This document shows, in pieces, positions 16,097-27,033 of a DNA stretch of 33,035 nt (position 1 is the first letter of the stretch; every line of letters starts with the position of its first letter). The stretch spans positions 1 to 33,035 of the forward strand of contig JALRHN010000002.1 of NCBI GenBank assembly GCA_023259575.1, in the 5' to 3' direction. The DNA is from Candidatus Kapaibacterium sp. (GTDB lineage Bacteria > Bacteroidota > Ignavibacteria > Kapaibacteriales > UBA961). A program made the translations under genes and the position numbers. A model generated the notes under the pieces. It was given only the letters and a program-made list of their open reading frames with translations, did not search any database and was not told the origin of the DNA.

Positions 16097-17610
16097 GGAT
16101 TATGATCTTTTTTATTGGCCAATAATGAGAAAGCTTTAATAAGTTTTTTTCTGGTTTCAGACGGAATAACAATATCGTCTATATAGCCTCTTTCGGCTGC
16201 TGCATAAGGATTACAGAATTGTTCATTATACAAAGCTTCTAATTCTGCTGCTTTACTTTGTGGATTTTCGGCAGAATCTATTTCTTTTTTAAATAGAATT
16301 TCAACGGCACCTTTTGCGCCCATTACAGCAATTTCTGCAGTTGGCCATGCGATATTATAATCACCTCGAATATGTTTTGAGTTCATAACATCATAGGCAC
16401 CACCATATGCTTTTCGGGTAATTACTGTCACTTTTGGGACAGTAGCTTCACAAAAAGCATAGAGTAATTTTGCACCTTGAGTTATGATTCCACGCCATTC
16501 TTGATCTGTTCCAGGAAGAAATCCAGGTACATCTTCAAAAACAAGCAAAGGGATATTAAAACAATCACAAAACCGAACAAATCTAGCGCCTTTTACAGAG
16601 CTATTGATATCTAAAACACCAGCCATGGATGCAGGTTGATTAGCTATAATTCCGATAGGATTTCCATCTAATGTTGCAAATCCAACTACGATATTTTCTG
16701 CAAAATCAGCATGAACTTCTAAAAACTGTTGTTCATCTATAATGTCTTTGATGATGTCCTTAATATCATAAGGTTGATTAGGATTTTCAGGAATAATAGT
16801 GTCTAATCTCGTACATATTCTATCTGGAGTATCAGCTGTTGGAATATGTGGCAAAGCAGATTGATTACCAGAAGGAAGATATGACATTAAAGAACGAACT
16901 CGATGCAAACAGTCGATTTCATCTTCGCAAGCAAAATGGGCAACCCCAGATTTTGATGCATGTGTTTCGGCACCACCAAGTTCTTCAAAAGTAACTTCTT
17001 CGTGAGTAACAGTTTTTACAACATTTGGCCCCGTTACAAACATATACGAACTACCCTTTGTCATAAAAATAAAGTCTGTAATAGCTGGAGAATATACTGC
17101 ACCACCGGCACATGGACCCAAAATCACTGATATCTGTGGAATAACTCCACTTGCCATTGTATTTCTTAAAAATATATCTGCATATCCGCCTAAAGAAACA
17201 ACACCTTCTTGAATTCTAGCACCACCAGAATCATTAAGACCTATAATTGGAGCACCAATTTTTAATGCTAAATCCATGATCTTACAAATTTTTTCTGCAT
17301 GTGTTTCTGATAATGAGCCACCAAATACAGTGAAATCTTGCGAAAAAACACATACAGTTCTACCATGAATTGTGCCAGTACCTGTAATAACTCCATCACC
17401 TAAAGGACGTTGTTTATCAAGCCCAAAGTTTGTAGATCGATGCCTAACAAACATATCTTTTTCTTCGAAAGAACCTGGATCTAACAGTATTTCAAGCCTT
17501 TCTCTGGCTGTTAATTTGCCTTTTTTATGCTGATCTGCTATTCTCTTTTCTCCTCCACCTAACATGGCTTCACGGCGAAGAGCTTCTAATAATTGTATTC
17601 TGTCTGTCAT
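16066..17610 (-). CDS. Acyl-CoA carboxylase carboxyltransferase subunit (propionyl-CoA carboxylase beta / methylmalonyl-CoA decarboxylase alpha family)
   Basis: 514 aa. Motifs include [35 protein letters not shown] and [13 protein letters not shown], which are typical of this carboxyltransferase family. Confidence 0.92.
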   Translation of the reverse strand: MTDRIQLLEALRREAMLGGGEKRIADQHKKGKLTARERLEILLDPGSFEEKDMFVRHRSTNFGLDKQRPLGDGVITGTGTIHGRTVCVFSQDFTVFGGSLSETHAEKICKIMDLALKIGAPIIGLNDSGGARIQEGVVSLGGYADIFLRNTMASGVIPQISVILGPCAGGAVYSPAITDFIFMTKGSSYMFVTGPNVVKTVTHEEVTFEELGGAETHASKSGVAHFACEDEIDCLHRVRSLMSYLPSGNQSALPHIPTADTPDRICTRLDTIIPENPNQPYDIKDIIKDIIDEQQFLEVHADFAENIVVGFATLDGNPIGIIANQPASMAGVLDINSSVKGARFVRFCDCFNIPLLVFEDVPGFLPGTDQEWRGIITQGAKLLYAFCEATVPKVTVITRKAYGGAYDVMNSKHIRGDYNIAWPTAEIAVMGAKGAVEILFKKEIDSAENPQSKAAELEALYNEQFCNPYAAAERGYIDDIVIPSETRKKLIKAFSLLANKKDHNPWKKHGNIPL

Positions 17611-17750
17611 GTATTTCCTCTATAAATCATTATCAGTATGCAATATGCGATTATTAAGGCAATTGTCAATGTAGGATATATGGTCTTTGTACTATAATTA
17701 CATTTTTTGGAGTTAGAGAAAAGGGCTTAATTATTGCTTATACAATAAGT

Positions 17751-18674
17751 ATGGAAACAATACAACCTATAGACATTCAACAAGCATATAAGCAATTTTT
17801 ATCCGCATGTGATATTCAGCGTGGATTTTCTCCTTATACAATAGAAACATATCGTTTTGCATTAGGAGAATTTTTAGAATATCTTTTAAGTGAATATGGT
17901 GAATTACCAGAATTATCAGCTATAGAACCTGCTGATATCAGGCCTTTTTTAGGATATATGCATGATAAGGGATTAGCAAAAAAATCTTTACGAGTTAAGA
18001 TAGCCGCTGTAAAATCATTCTTCCGATTTGCATATAAACAAGGTTGGATAGACAGAAATCCTGCGGCGATTATTGCTACTCCTAAATCTGAAAAAAAATT
18101 ACCTTCATATTTACAGCAGCATGAAATAGACTTATTGATGCAAAGTTTTAGTACTGATAATCCATCTGGTGCAAGGAATGCAGCCATGGCTGAATTATTA
18201 TATAGTTCTGGAATACGAGTAAGCGAATTGATTAATCTTAAGGTTCAATCTGTAGATTTTCATAGTTCTACTATAAGAGTAATTGGTAAAGGAAAAAAAG
18301 AAAGAATTATCCCTATGGGATCAAAAGCTGTACAGGCAATACAACATTATTATGAATTACGTTCTGTTTTATTAAGAGAAAAGACAGCAGAACCTGATAA
18401 TAGAATGTTTTTAAGTGACAAAGGAAAGCCGCTACATCCAGCGGTTGTATATACAATAATCAATAAAGCTATGAAAGGCATTACAGAATCTTCTCAGAAG
18501 AGTCCACATGTATTAAGACATAGCTTTGCCACCCATTTACTTGATGCAGGTGCAGATATAAGTTCGGTAAGTGAGATGCTTGGCCATAGTTCTTTATCTG
18601 CAACACAAGTATATACTCATATATCTGTAGACAGACTAAAAAAAGCATATAGAAATGCTCATCCCAGAGCATAA
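17751..18674 (+). CDS. Tyrosine site-specific recombinase, XerC/XerD type
   Basis: 307 aa. N-terminal core-binding (SAM-like) domain. The catalytic-residue pattern is ELLYSSGIRVSEL (Arg), HVLRHSFATHLL (His-x-x-Arg), GHSSLSATQVYTH (His and Tyr). Confidence 0.88.
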   Translation: METIQPIDIQQAYKQFLSACDIQRGFSPYTIETYRFALGEFLEYLLSEYGELPELSAIEPADIRPFLGYMHDKGLAKKSLRVKIAAVKSFFRFAYKQGWIDRNPAAIIATPKSEKKLPSYLQQHEIDLLMQSFSTDNPSGARNAAMAELLYSSGIRVSELINLKVQSVDFHSSTIRVIGKGKKERIIPMGSKAVQAIQHYYELRSVLLREKTAEPDNRMFLSDKGKPLHPAVVYTIINKAMKGITESSQKSPHVLRHSFATHLLDAGADISSVSEMLGHSSLSATQVYTHISVDRLKKAYRNAHPRA

Positions 18675-18724
18675 ATATGAAATCCTTATTTTTGTTTTCG
18701 ATTTTTAATTATTGATAAGCATCT

Positions 18725-19489
18725 ATGAAAATACATGAGTTTGAACATGGTTTACTTAACCGTGTTGCAATAGTAACCGGCGCAGCATTAGGCAATGGAC
18801 GTGCCTTTTGCGAACGCCTTGCCGAAGAAGGAGCAATTATTGTAATAGCAGATATAGAAGATGCATCTGAAACAGTTCGTTTAGTTGAAGCAGTTGGAGG
18901 AAAAGCACTGTATATCAAAACAGATTGCACAAATCCAGAAGAAATACAACATTTAATAGAACAAACATTACAACATTTTGGAACCATCGATATACTTGTC
19001 CATAATGTGGGAATGTATGAAGAAGAACCATTTGAATTAATTCGCTATGATCAATGGAAAAAAATGATAGATATTAATCTAACAAGTTTATTTCTTACGG
19101 TTCAAGCAGTTCTACCAATTATGAAAAAACAAAGTTTTGGACGTATTATCACGATGTCTTCTAATACCGTATGGCTTGGCACACCCTATTTATCTCATTA
19201 TGCAGCAGCTAAAATGGGAGTTATAGGATTTACTAGGTCTTTGGCATCAGAAATTGGAGTATATGGAATAACAATAAATGCAATTACTGTTGGTTTAACT
19301 GCAACGCAAAGGCCAGCAAATTCTACTTTATCTAGTTCAATATTACAACATATATTACCGCAACAGGCAATTCAAAGAGCAGATGAACCAGAAGATATTG
19401 CTAATCTGGTAGCATTTTTAGCATTGCCAGCTTCTGGCATTATTACCGGACAGTCCATCAATGTTGATGGTGGTGCAGCAAGACATTAA
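18725..19489 (+). CDS. Short-chain dehydrogenase/reductase (FabG-like)
   Basis: TGAALGNG cofactor motif, HNVG, and a catalytic Ser...YAAAK triad context. 254 aa. Confidence 0.88.
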   Translation: MKIHEFEHGLLNRVAIVTGAALGNGRAFCERLAEEGAIIVIADIEDASETVRLVEAVGGKALYIKTDCTNPEEIQHLIEQTLQHFGTIDILVHNVGMYEEEPFELIRYDQWKKMIDINLTSLFLTVQAVLPIMKKQSFGRIITMSSNTVWLGTPYLSHYAAAKMGVIGFTRSLASEIGVYGITINAITVGLTATQRPANSTLSSSILQHILPQQAIQRADEPEDIANLVAFLALPASGIITGQSINVDGGAARH

Positions 19490-19498
19490 GGCCAATCT

Positions 19499-20422
19499 AT
19501 GAATACTCTTTTTCAAGAAATTTCTGGGCTTGCAACAGAGCAAATTAATGAGCTATCTAGTAATATAGATATGATGAGTACTCATGATATCATTACTCTT
19601 ATTAATCAAGAAGATGCAAAAGTTGCCTATGCTATAGAAAAAGAAATTCCTTTTATTGTTCAAGCTGTTGATGCTCTGACAGAACGTTTTAAAATGGGTG
19701 GACGCCTATTTTATATCGGAGCTGGAACAAGTGGTAGATTAGGAATTGTTGATGCTTCAGAATGTCCTCCTACATTTGGAACAGATCCAAGTATGGTTCA
19801 AGGCATTATAGCTGGAGGAAATGAAGCTATGTTTGCTGCTCAAGAAGGCGCAGAAGATTCTTTTGAAAAAGGTGCAGACATAATAAGAGAATATGGGATT
19901 AGTGCTAAAGATTGCGTTTGTGGTATTGCAGCTTCTGGTAGAACACCCTTTGTTCGAGGAGCATTAAAAGAAGCCAAATCTATTGGAGCATATACAATAT
20001 TAATAACCACAAATGATAGAGAACAGATTATTTCGTGGAATATAGATGTTGACACAATCATTGCACCACATGTTGGCCCAGAGGTGATTGCAGGTTCTAC
20101 AAGAATGAAAAGTGGAACGGCTCAAAAAATGATTCTCAATATGCTTACTACCGGTGCCATGATAAGGCTTGGTAAAAGTTATGGAAATATCATGGTAGAT
20201 TTACAACTCACAAATGCGAAATTGCAGGAAAGAGCCAGAAAAATTATCATGGAAATTGCTAATATCAATTATGATGAAGCATCAGAATTGCTTAAAGCAA
20301 GTGGTGGACATGTAAAAACAGCACTTATTATGAGTATAACTGATATACCCTTTGAAAAAGCAAAGCAATTATTAGAAAAAGCAGACGGTTATATAAAAAA
20401 AGCTTTACAATTTAATGAATAG
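19499..20422 (+). CDS. murQ: N-acetylmuramic acid 6-phosphate etherase
   Basis: SIS-domain protein with TEQIN...ID N-terminal motifs, GRLFYIGAGTSGRLGIVDASECPPTFG and GSTRMKSGTAQK. These are characteristic of MurQ. Confidence 0.9.
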   Translation: MNTLFQEISGLATEQINELSSNIDMMSTHDIITLINQEDAKVAYAIEKEIPFIVQAVDALTERFKMGGRLFYIGAGTSGRLGIVDASECPPTFGTDPSMVQGIIAGGNEAMFAAQEGAEDSFEKGADIIREYGISAKDCVCGIAASGRTPFVRGALKEAKSIGAYTILITTNDREQIISWNIDVDTIIAPHVGPEVIAGSTRMKSGTAQKMILNMLTTGAMIRLGKSYGNIMVDLQLTNAKLQERARKIIMEIANINYDEASELLKASGGHVKTALIMSITDIPFEKAKQLLEKADGYIKKALQFNE

Positions 20423-20428
20423 AGTATA

Positions 20429-21913
20429 ATGAAATTTAAGACAAAGAATTCTTCATTCCATAATGATTATGTGCATTATTACACCAAAATTCTGTGTACA
20501 ATGGGGCCAGCTATAGCCTCGAAACAAAAAATAATAGAATTGGTTCAAGCAGGTGCAAATGCATTCAGACTTAATATGTCTCATGGATCTCATGAAATGC
20601 ATAAAGCTAATATCGATTATATCCGTGCAGCAGAAAAAGAACTTGGTATTTATTTACCAATAATTGTAGACTTACAAGGACCAAAAATCAGAGTTTCTGA
20701 TTTAAAAGATAGTGTTATACAATTAGAAACAGGGAAGAATATCTATATAGCAGACAGCACTCAATTAAAGAAGTTAAAAGTATCTAAACCAGATAATATA
20801 ATTCCGGTTGAATATCCATCTATTGCAAAAGATGTAAAAGTTGGTGATATACTTTTATTTGATGATGGTTTGATGCAGGTAATAGTTAAAAAAGTAGATA
20901 ATCCGCTGATTTTGGTTACAGTGATGAATGGTGGAATTTTAAAATCAAGAAAAGGAATAAATCTACCCAATATTGATGTAAGCCAACCATCTATGTCTGA
21001 TAAAGATAAAGATGATGTGAAATTTGCCATTGCTCATAATGTAGATTATATAGCTTTATCTTTTGTTAGAAAAGCAGAAGATATCATTCATATTAAAAAA
21101 TACATAAAGAAATCAGGTGGTAGTCAATGGGTTATTGCAAAAATTGAAAAACCCGAAGCTGTTGTTAATATAGAAGATATAGTAAAAGAAACAGATGCTA
21201 TCATGGTAGCACGTGGTGATTTAGGAGTAGAAATTCCAGCCGCAGAAGTTCCATCTGCACAAAAGAAAATCATTGCAATGTGTAATAAATATGCCAAACC
21301 TGTTATTACTGCAACGCAAATGCTAGAGTCTATGATATACAATCCACGCCCTACAAGAGCAGAAGCAAGTGATGTAGCAAATGCAGTTTTAGATGGTACA
21401 GATGTAGTAATGCTTTCTGCAGAAACAAGCGTTGGTTCTTATCCTGTAGAAACAGTTAGTTATATGCGAACAATCTGTAAAGAAGCAGAAAAACATTTAT
21501 TACAAGATGAAATACGTTTAAGAAGACGTGAATCATGTATTTCTGGCAAAGAATCTATTACTTTGCTTATTGCATCTGCAGCTGCTACAATAGCAGAAGA
21601 TCCTGGGATAAAAGGTATTCTTACTTTAAGTTTATCAGGTGAAACAGCATTATTAATTTCTAATAAAAGGCCAATTTCACCAATCATAGCTATGACAGAA
21701 TTTGAACATATAGCTAGGCGTGTTGGTTTATTTTGGGGAGTTACTGGTTTAGTTATCCATAAAGTATCTGGTACAGATGAAACTGTTGAAGAAATGAAAG
21801 AATTTTTAGTAAAACACAAGTATTTTCAAAAAGATTCTACCGTTTTGATAACCTCAGGTAGACCAATTGTAGCAAGATCCAGAACGAATATGCTTACTAT
21901 AGAACGTTTATAG
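20429..21913 (+). CDS. pyk: Pyruvate kinase
   Basis: TKILCTMGPA, FRLNMSHG, KIEKPEAV, MVARGDLGVEIP, ATQMLESM and MLSAETS. 494 aa, with a short N-terminal extension before the canonical start region. Confidence 0.93.
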   Translation: MKFKTKNSSFHNDYVHYYTKILCTMGPAIASKQKIIELVQAGANAFRLNMSHGSHEMHKANIDYIRAAEKELGIYLPIIVDLQGPKIRVSDLKDSVIQLETGKNIYIADSTQLKKLKVSKPDNIIPVEYPSIAKDVKVGDILLFDDGLMQVIVKKVDNPLILVTVMNGGILKSRKGINLPNIDVSQPSMSDKDKDDVKFAIAHNVDYIALSFVRKAEDIIHIKKYIKKSGGSQWVIAKIEKPEAVVNIEDIVKETDAIMVARGDLGVEIPAAEVPSAQKKIIAMCNKYAKPVITATQMLESMIYNPRPTRAEASDVANAVLDGTDVVMLSAETSVGSYPVETVSYMRTICKEAEKHLLQDEIRLRRRESCISGKESITLLIASAAATIAEDPGIKGILTLSLSGETALLISNKRPISPIIAMTEFEHIARRVGLFWGVTGLVIHKVSGTDETVEEMKEFLVKHKYFQKDSTVLITSGRPIVARSRTNMLTIERL

Positions 21914-22031
21914 TTATGTTACTTTTAAACACAGTATTTTTGTTGTCGAGAACTTTTTTATTTTGAAGCAAGAAATTACCTAATAATGCGTCCTAAAAAT
22001 CAATACTATTCTTAATTCACAATTATACTAC

Positions 22032-23015
22032 ATGGCACATATTTCAGATGCGGAAGCTGTCCGCTCATTAGCAGAAGCTTCTGCTTCAATTCGTAAAGAA
22101 ATTGGAAAAGCTATTATTGGTCAGCATGATATTGTAGATCAATTACTTATTTCTTTATTTTCAAGGGGACATTGTTTATTGGTTGGTGTTCCAGGATTAG
22201 CTAAAACTTTATTAATTAGAACTTTAGCTCAATCAATGAATTTAACATTCAATCGAATTCAATTTACACCAGATTTAATGCCAAGTGATATCACAGGTAC
22301 AGAAATTATCGAAGATAATATGTCAACTGGCCAAAAACAGTTTCGTTTTGTAAAAGGACCTGTTTTTGCTCAAATAGTATTAGCAGACGAAATCAATAGA
22401 ACTCCTCCTAAAACACAAGCTGCATTATTAGAAGCTATGCAAGAACATTCTGTTACTGCTTCTGGCACTACATATACATTAGATGAACCATTTTTTGTTT
22501 TAGCTACGCAAAATCCAATAGAACAAGAAGGTACTTATCCTTTACCAGAAGCTCAGCTAGATAGATTTATGTTCAATTTATGGTTGGATTATCCATCTGA
22601 ACAAGAAGAACATGCTATTGTACATAGCACAACAACCGATATTCAACCTACAATTAATCCTATCTTATCAGCAAAAGATATTATGTTTTATCAGGATATA
22701 GCAAGGAAAATTCCTGTTTCTGATAATGTAGTTAATTATGCAGTATCGCTTGTACGTTCTACTAGGCCACAAACAACTAAGTCTAAAACAGTTAAAGACT
22801 TCTTAAGTTATGGTGCCGGCCCAAGAGCATCGCAATTTTTAGTACTTGGTGCTAAAACAAGAGCAGCTATGCGTGGAGCTTTTACTCCAGAAATAGATGA
22901 TATTCGTGCTGTTGCAGAGCCTGTGCTGCGTCATAGAATTGTTACAAATTTTAGTGCCGAGGCAGATAATATTTCTCCTTCTCACATTATTCAAATGTTA
23001 CTCAAAGAATTATAA
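22032..23015 (+). CDS. MoxR-family AAA+ ATPase
   Basis: Walker A GVPGLAKT, Walker B VLADEINR, and ATQNPIEQEGTYPLPEAQLDRF, which is typical of the AAA_3/MoxR family. 327 aa. Confidence 0.92.
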   Translation: MAHISDAEAVRSLAEASASIRKEIGKAIIGQHDIVDQLLISLFSRGHCLLVGVPGLAKTLLIRTLAQSMNLTFNRIQFTPDLMPSDITGTEIIEDNMSTGQKQFRFVKGPVFAQIVLADEINRTPPKTQAALLEAMQEHSVTASGTTYTLDEPFFVLATQNPIEQEGTYPLPEAQLDRFMFNLWLDYPSEQEEHAIVHSTTTDIQPTINPILSAKDIMFYQDIARKIPVSDNVVNYAVSLVRSTRPQTTKSKTVKDFLSYGAGPRASQFLVLGAKTRAAMRGAFTPEIDDIRAVAEPVLRHRIVTNFSAEADNISPSHIIQMLLKEL

Positions 23016-23068
23016 GCTTAAACACTTAACAATAATCATTGCTTATAATTATCTCTTATCGAGATATC

Positions 23069-24838
23069 ATGAAATATCTATTTATGTATGTGGTTCTTTA
23101 TATCGGTTTGATAATACCGAATAAGAATTGCTATGCTAATTCTATGGAAAACAAAGAAAAATTCTACAATATATTATCTGATTATAAAGAGTTTTATTTA
23201 AGAACCAATCCAGAAAGCGCAACATATGATGGAGATTATCGATATAATGATAAACTGAGTGATCTTTCTGATAAAGCCGAAAATGCTAAATATGATTCTT
23301 TAAGATCATTTTTACTTGCCCTGAAATCTATTGATGAATCGTCCCTTAAAGGACAAGACAAGCTTACATATTCTTTATTCAAAGAGCAATTAGAAGAAAC
23401 AATCGAAGGGCAGAAATTTAAGTGGCATTATATGCCTTTAACGCAGCAAGACGGAATCCATATATATTTCCCTCAATTGATAGAATCTCATCCCTTCAAA
23501 AGTATCGATGATTATCATACGTATGTACAACGTCTCAAATTATTTGCTGTACAAGTAGACCAAGTAATTGAAAATATGAATCTGGGTATAAAAGCTAAAC
23601 TTGTATCTCCAGCATTTTCTATCAAACAGATTTTAGAACAAATCAAACCCTTTATTTCTCAAGATATTGATAGTCTTCCATTTAGCATTCCTTTGAAATC
23701 TCTTGATGTACTTGTACAAAAACAAGATCAAATAATGATAAAGGAGCAGGTTTTTCAAGCTTTAAAGAACTATACAATTCCAGCATATAAAAAACTACAT
23801 TCATATTTAGAAACTGAATATTTACCATATGCTAGAAATACAGATGGTATTTATAGCTTGCCAGATGGTAAAGAACGATATGCTTATGCTATAAAACAAC
23901 AAACTACTACCACATTATATCCAGATGAAATATATTCTTTAGGGTTAAAAGAAGTACAAAGAATTACAGCATTAATGGAAGAAGTTAAAAATGAATTATC
24001 ATTTGCAGGTGATCTTTCTGCATTTAATTCCTATTTATTAAGTAATGCTGCGTTTAAGTATACAGAAAAAGATAGTATGCTTAAAGATTATCGCATCATA
24101 TTATCTAAAGTAGATAAGCAATTAAAACATCTTTTTGGCAGATTACCTAAGGCCAGTTATGCTTTAAAAGAAATGGAACTTTATAGGGCAGCATCAGCAC
24201 CACAAGCATATTATTATTCTGCTCCTCTAGACCGCTCGAGGCCAGGATATTTTTATGTGAATACCTATGATTTAGCATCTAGGCCAAAACATACAATGAC
24301 AGCACTTGCATTGCATGAGGCTGTTCCTGGACATCATCTTCAGATATCCCTAGCGCAAGAATTATCAGATATGCCTTGGGTTAGAACTCAAATGGGATAC
24401 AATGCTTTTGTTGAAGGATGGGCATTATATGCAGAAAGCTTAGGATATGAAATGAACATGTATACAGATACAATTCAAAAATATGGTTCTTTAACTTTTG
24501 ATATGTGGCGAGCTTGCCGACTTGTTGTTGATGCGGGAATTCATACAGGAAAAATGTCAAGGGAACAAGGTGTTCAATTTATGATGAAACATACCGGAAA
24601 TTCAGAATTAGATACTAGATCTGAAATTGATAGATATATAGTATGGCCAGGACAAGCATTAGCATATAAAATTGGACAACTAGCAATTATTGCTTTAAGA
24701 AAAGAAGCACAAGATACACTTGGTACCAAATTCTCTTTATCCGAGTTCCATGATGCAGTACTAGAAAACGGTGCAATTCCTTTATATGTATTACAAAATC
24801 ATATTCATGAATGGATTCAAACCCAAAAAAATAAGTAG
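23069..24838 (+). CDS. DUF885-family (gluzincin-like) secreted protein
   Basis: HEAVPGHHLQ motif, EGWALYAE, and the length and signal-peptide-like N-terminus typical of DUF885. I moved the start from TTG 23039 to ATG 23069 (MKYLFMYV...). Confidence 0.8.
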   Translation: MKYLFMYVVLYIGLIIPNKNCYANSMENKEKFYNILSDYKEFYLRTNPESATYDGDYRYNDKLSDLSDKAENAKYDSLRSFLLALKSIDESSLKGQDKLTYSLFKEQLEETIEGQKFKWHYMPLTQQDGIHIYFPQLIESHPFKSIDDYHTYVQRLKLFAVQVDQVIENMNLGIKAKLVSPAFSIKQILEQIKPFISQDIDSLPFSIPLKSLDVLVQKQDQIMIKEQVFQALKNYTIPAYKKLHSYLETEYLPYARNTDGIYSLPDGKERYAYAIKQQTTTTLYPDEIYSLGLKEVQRITALMEEVKNELSFAGDLSAFNSYLLSNAAFKYTEKDSMLKDYRIILSKVDKQLKHLFGRLPKASYALKEMELYRAASAPQAYYYSAPLDRSRPGYFYVNTYDLASRPKHTMTALALHEAVPGHHLQISLAQELSDMPWVRTQMGYNAFVEGWALYAESLGYEMNMYTDTIQKYGSLTFDMWRACRLVVDAGIHTGKMSREQGVQFMMKHTGNSELDTRSEIDRYIVWPGQALAYKIGQLAIIALRKEAQDTLGTKFSLSEFHDAVLENGAIPLYVLQNHIHEWIQTQKNK

Positions 24839-24857
24839 GGAAATCACAGAAAAAAAC

Positions 24858-27032
24858 ATGTCAAAAAAAACTATAAAACAAACTGCTCATATTGATTCAA
24901 TCTCTGAAGCAATCCTAGCTTTATTAAAAGAACATACTCCTGCAATGCTGAAATTAAATGAAATTTCTAAAGCACTTGGAATACGATCAGATAGTACAGA
25001 ATATGATGTATTGCGCGTTACATTAAATGATTTAGACCAAAAAAAACTCATTTATAAATCTACTCGTAGACGTTTTGGAATGAGGCCTTTAGGTGAATTC
25101 AGTGCATTTAAAGGGATTTTACGTTTCGAATATAATAGGGCTACTATAGAAACAGATTCAGCAGAATTTCCAATTGTTTATGTGCGCCCACAGCATATCG
25201 GAACAGCAATGGATGGCGATTCTGTACGCGTTAAATTATTGGCTTTAAAAAAGGATAAAAAGCCATATGGTGTTGTAACTGATATCGTAAAAAGATCTGA
25301 TTTACCAATTCCTGGTACATTAGAATATGATGGTGATTTTTATTTTTTAATTCCTGATGAAGAAAAATATCTTGTCGATTTTTTAATACCAGCAAGAAAA
25401 ATAGGAAAAGCAAAAGCAGGCGATAAAGTTGTCTGTAAATTCCTAAAATGGGAAGACCCACACAAAAGTCCAGAAGCTGAAGTTATAGAAATTCTTGGTA
25501 AATCAGGAGATCCTTCTGTTGAATTTGCAGGTATAATGAAAGAATTCAATCTTCCTTTGAATTTTCCTGCAGATGTTGAACAAGAAGCAATGATGGTTGC
25601 TAAACTCCCAAGTAAATCAGAAATCTCTGATAGATTAGATTTAAGAAAATCATTGATTATTACTATAGATCCAGATGATGCTAGAGATTTTGATGATGCA
25701 TTATCATTAGAAGAATTACCAAATGGCTTAAAACGTTTAGGCGTTCATATAGCAGATGTAACTGCATATGTAAAAGAGGAATCATTATTAGATAAAGAAG
25801 CATATCGAAGGGCAACCAGTACATATCTTGTTGATAGAGTTGTGCCAATGCTTCCAGAAACTTTATCGAATGAAATTTGCTCTTTGCAACCTAATAAAGT
25901 AAGACTAGCATTTAGTGTATTTATGGATTGTGATGAACATGGAAATGTTCATGATTATTCAGTAAGCGAAACTGTAATAAAAAGTAGCAAGCGCTTTACT
26001 TATGCAGAAGCTCAATCTATTATAGATACTGGACATGGCCCCTATCATGAATTAGTACTAGAACTCTATAAACTCTCTTTAACACTAAGAGATATTCGGT
26101 ATAAAAAAGGTGGTGTAGACTTTGTAACGCAAGAAACAAAGTTTTCCTTAGATGAAGATAAATTTCCAATAGCTGCTGTTTTAAAAACAAGAACAGATGC
26201 CACATCATTAGTAGAAGAATGCATGTTATTGGCAAATCAAACTATTGCTTTACATGTAAAACACATAAGTAAAAAACATCTAAAAAAAGGTGTATTGCCT
26301 TTTATTTATCGTGTTCATGATGAACCTGATATGATGAAATTAAAAGATGTTTTACGTTTTGTTAAAGCATTGGGTGTACATGTTCCAAATGGAGTTCCAA
26401 GCTCTCGTGAATTAAATACAATTTTAGAACATGTTGCTCATTTACCCGAAAAAATGGTGATCAATCAGTTTTTATTACGTTCTATGGCCAAAGCCATTTA
26501 TGTAGAAGAAAATATTGGACATTATGGATTAGGATTTTCTGATTATACGCATTTTACTTCACCAATTAGACGTTATCCAGATGTTCTGGTTCATAGGCTG
26601 ATTAAAGAATATGCATCAGAAAGGCCAAGCGATAAAAGAATTCGCTATCTGAATGAGTATTTGATTGATGCCTCAGCCCATTGCTCTTTACAAGAAAGAC
26701 AAGCCGTCAATGCAGAAAGAGCTTCTATTCGATTAGCATCTGCACAATTAGCCAAAAGACATCTTGGCTCTAGAATCAAAGGAACTGTTACAAGTGTTAC
26801 TAGTTTTGGATTATTTGTTCTATTGTCTAGCCTTAATATCGAAGGATTATTACATATCCGTGACTTAAGTGATGATTATTATTATTTTGAAGAACAGCAA
26901 TTTCGATTGGTAGGCAAAAGAACCAAACAAGTCTTCCGTATCGGAAGCCCTGTTTATGTAGAAATAGTAAATGTTAATATAGATAAAAGACAAATAGACC
27001 TAAAATTCATTGAAGAAGAAGAAACAGAATAA
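24858..27032 (+). CDS. rnr: Ribonuclease R
   Basis: N-terminal HTH and cold-shock-like region. RNB catalytic motifs ITIDPDDARDFDDA and HFTSPIRRYPD. C-terminal S1 domain (GTVTSVTSFGLFV). The start is set at ATG 24858 (MSKKTIKQ); the track's upstream extension overlaps the DUF885 gene. Confidence 0.93.
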   Translation: MSKKTIKQTAHIDSISEAILALLKEHTPAMLKLNEISKALGIRSDSTEYDVLRVTLNDLDQKKLIYKSTRRRFGMRPLGEFSAFKGILRFEYNRATIETDSAEFPIVYVRPQHIGTAMDGDSVRVKLLALKKDKKPYGVVTDIVKRSDLPIPGTLEYDGDFYFLIPDEEKYLVDFLIPARKIGKAKAGDKVVCKFLKWEDPHKSPEAEVIEILGKSGDPSVEFAGIMKEFNLPLNFPADVEQEAMMVAKLPSKSEISDRLDLRKSLIITIDPDDARDFDDALSLEELPNGLKRLGVHIADVTAYVKEESLLDKEAYRRATSTYLVDRVVPMLPETLSNEICSLQPNKVRLAFSVFMDCDEHGNVHDYSVSETVIKSSKRFTYAEAQSIIDTGHGPYHELVLELYKLSLTLRDIRYKKGGVDFVTQETKFSLDEDKFPIAAVLKTRTDATSLVEECMLLANQTIALHVKHISKKHLKKGVLPFIYRVHDEPDMMKLKDVLRFVKALGVHVPNGVPSSRELNTILEHVAHLPEKMVINQFLLRSMAKAIYVEENIGHYGLGFSDYTHFTSPIRRYPDVLVHRLIKEYASERPSDKRIRYLNEYLIDASAHCSLQERQAVNAERASIRLASAQLAKRHLGSRIKGTVTSVTSFGLFVLLSSLNIEGLLHIRDLSDDYYYFEEQQFRLVGKRTKQVFRIGSPVYVEIVNVNIDKRQIDLKFIEEEETE

Positions 27033-27033
27033 T

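Noticed and set aside
17663-17698. Sigma-70-like TTGTCA ... TATAAT pair upstream of the recombinase gene
   Set aside because: The spacer is 24 nt, far from the roughly 17-nt optimum. TATAAT alone is common in AT-rich DNA.
17751-18674. Tyrosine recombinase as a possible marker of an integrated mobile element
   Set aside because: The domain pattern and length fit housekeeping XerC/XerD. The flanking genes are core metabolism. I saw no adjacent tRNA, direct repeats, excisionase, or phage or conjugation genes.
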